Below, piece after piece: positions 62,379 through 64,000 of a stretch of DNA of 64,000 bases. Origin of the DNA: Macrostomum lignano (taxonomy: Eukaryota); the NCBI GenBank assembly GCA_002269645.1, contig NIVC01000509.1, positions 1-64,000 on the forward strand, read 5' to 3'. The notes beneath the pieces are model-generated. The model saw nothing but the letters and a program-made list of their open reading frames with translations. It did not search any database and was not told the DNA's origin. A program made the translations under genes and the position numbers. Within the stretch, counting starts at the first letter, position 1; the number at the start of each line of letters is the position of its first letter.

Positions 62379-64000
62379 CTGTAAATATGCCAGCTGTTAT
62401 TATTTGAGACTTTTGGAGGAAGTGACATTTCCAGATAGTTTAAAAATGCAGCCTGACTATACAATACTTAAAAGAAAGGGTGACGTTGTCAATTTTAGTT
62501 GCCCCGTCAAGGGCCGTTTTAACATACGGTACCAATCTGTAATATTGTTAATTTAATGGTCCCGTACTCTCACGTCTGCTTAAAGTAGCGACCAAAGACT
62601 TTAAAATAACTTGCGTACGTTTGTAAAGCCTAAGTACAGTAGGCGATCGATAAATTCTGTTTTTCTCGCCGGCCAATAGAAAAGCCGCGCATAAATAAAT
62701 TATGTTAGCCTGAAATTAAGTTCTCCGCGCGCACCCACCCCCAGCCCGCTCCTTATCAGTCCTGTCTGGCTGGGGCGCTCGGGGTATCCTCCACCCTCCT
62801 GCCTTCCCGCCTTCGTACGTAGACCCCTTAGAGCCTTGCCACCGCGGCACTCCTTGTTTGCTTGCCTTCTCTCTCCGCCTCGCTACGCCACGGTTCTAAA
62901 CCACGCCTCTGCCAAATCTCAGTCACGCCACCTCTACGTCTTGTACGAGCTCCCGCTACGAGCACCGCCACCACACGTTCACCGCCATCACATCGTCACC
63001 ATTGCCTCAAGCTCATCGACTCACTCTATCGTCTACCATCTATCTTATTGTTGCGTAGCCGCCCAAGTGCATTTCTTACGGATTCAGCAAGTACTCTGAC
63101 CTATCTCTGTTGACCACCCAGACGGAATTGATAATAGCAAGCCTAACTATCCTCTCATACGATTACAATAAACAAAGACTGTGGCCATTGCCCGCACCAG
63201 TCGTACTATCATCAAGTGCTACCGCTACAAAACTTGCCTCTGCCGTGTTTGCCTTCGTTAATTACCTTCGAGGCCACCGAATAATTTTTGACTTTCATTT
63301 ACGATTACACTGTTGATATGCAGTTATATAAAGCTTCAAATAAAGCTGTTAGTTGCCCTAATGCATGAAATTGTTGAGTGAAAATTTCAAGTTCATATGT
63401 TCCTTCAGTCAAAAGTTATTACAAAATTCTTGTTATACATGTAAACCAATTCACAGATATTTATTTAGATGTTCATGAAAAGCATTACAAGTTCAGAACC
63501 TGTTTGTTTTGGAACCAGAAAACCTGGGTACACCTAAGACTAGCAGACAGACAGACTGTTCATACAGTTGCAATCCTGTCCTGCTTTGAACCTTGTTTTA
63601 TGAATCCAATCGATATTGCTCCGACATAACAGACCACTAAACCCTAATTTCTTACGAGTTCGAACAGGTACCATGGTAGCATAAAAACAAAGACATGCAA
63701 TGATACTACAGCTGCCACCATCCATTGCAGACGGAGATCAATGGGAGGCAGCAAAATGACTGAAGCGGTTGACAGACGGAGACGGCCGGCCGGAGAGTAT
63801 TAAATGAGCCCCCAGCACGGAGGCCGCCCCCTCAAGCGGCACTGCTCGCTTGATCGCTTTGGAGAACTCAGTTCTTCACAAATGGAAAGCTCAAATCGTT
63901 TTTTTTTTCTCAAATCTTTTAAGACAGTTAAAATATATACCTGACGGCGATCTCCATTGTACAGCTAGACTAGTGGAAGACATATCGCAGTAAGGTAAAA

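Overview
Eukaryotic (animal) genomic DNA with GT-AG introns, GC-rich exons and AT-rich spacers. The minisatellite-filled introns and divergent intronless rhodopsin-type GPCRs suggest a free-living flatworm such as Macrostomum; this is an inference and was not checked. Genes form two divergent co-oriented blocks. Minus strand, 24.8 kb to 1: HRD1/SYVN1, three DHRS1 paralogs, WASP, LEPROT/Vps55 and an unidentified multi-exon gene. Plus strand, 29-57 kb: U2AF65, WDR13, GPCR, a divergent PPP phosphatase and two more GPCRs. Mobile DNA includes a nest of DNA transposons with exact 8-bp TSDs inside HRD1 intron 1, two tRNA-derived SINE families, several MITE/foldback elements, and a 5'-truncated APE-RT-RNaseH non-LTR retrotransposon that appears to split a host exon from its splice donor. 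Many 20-33 bp minisatellites are present. The most promising lead is that several minus-block genes begin at an in-frame 3' splice site, consistent with spliced-leader-donated AUG starts and polycistronic transcription. All coordinates were read by eye.
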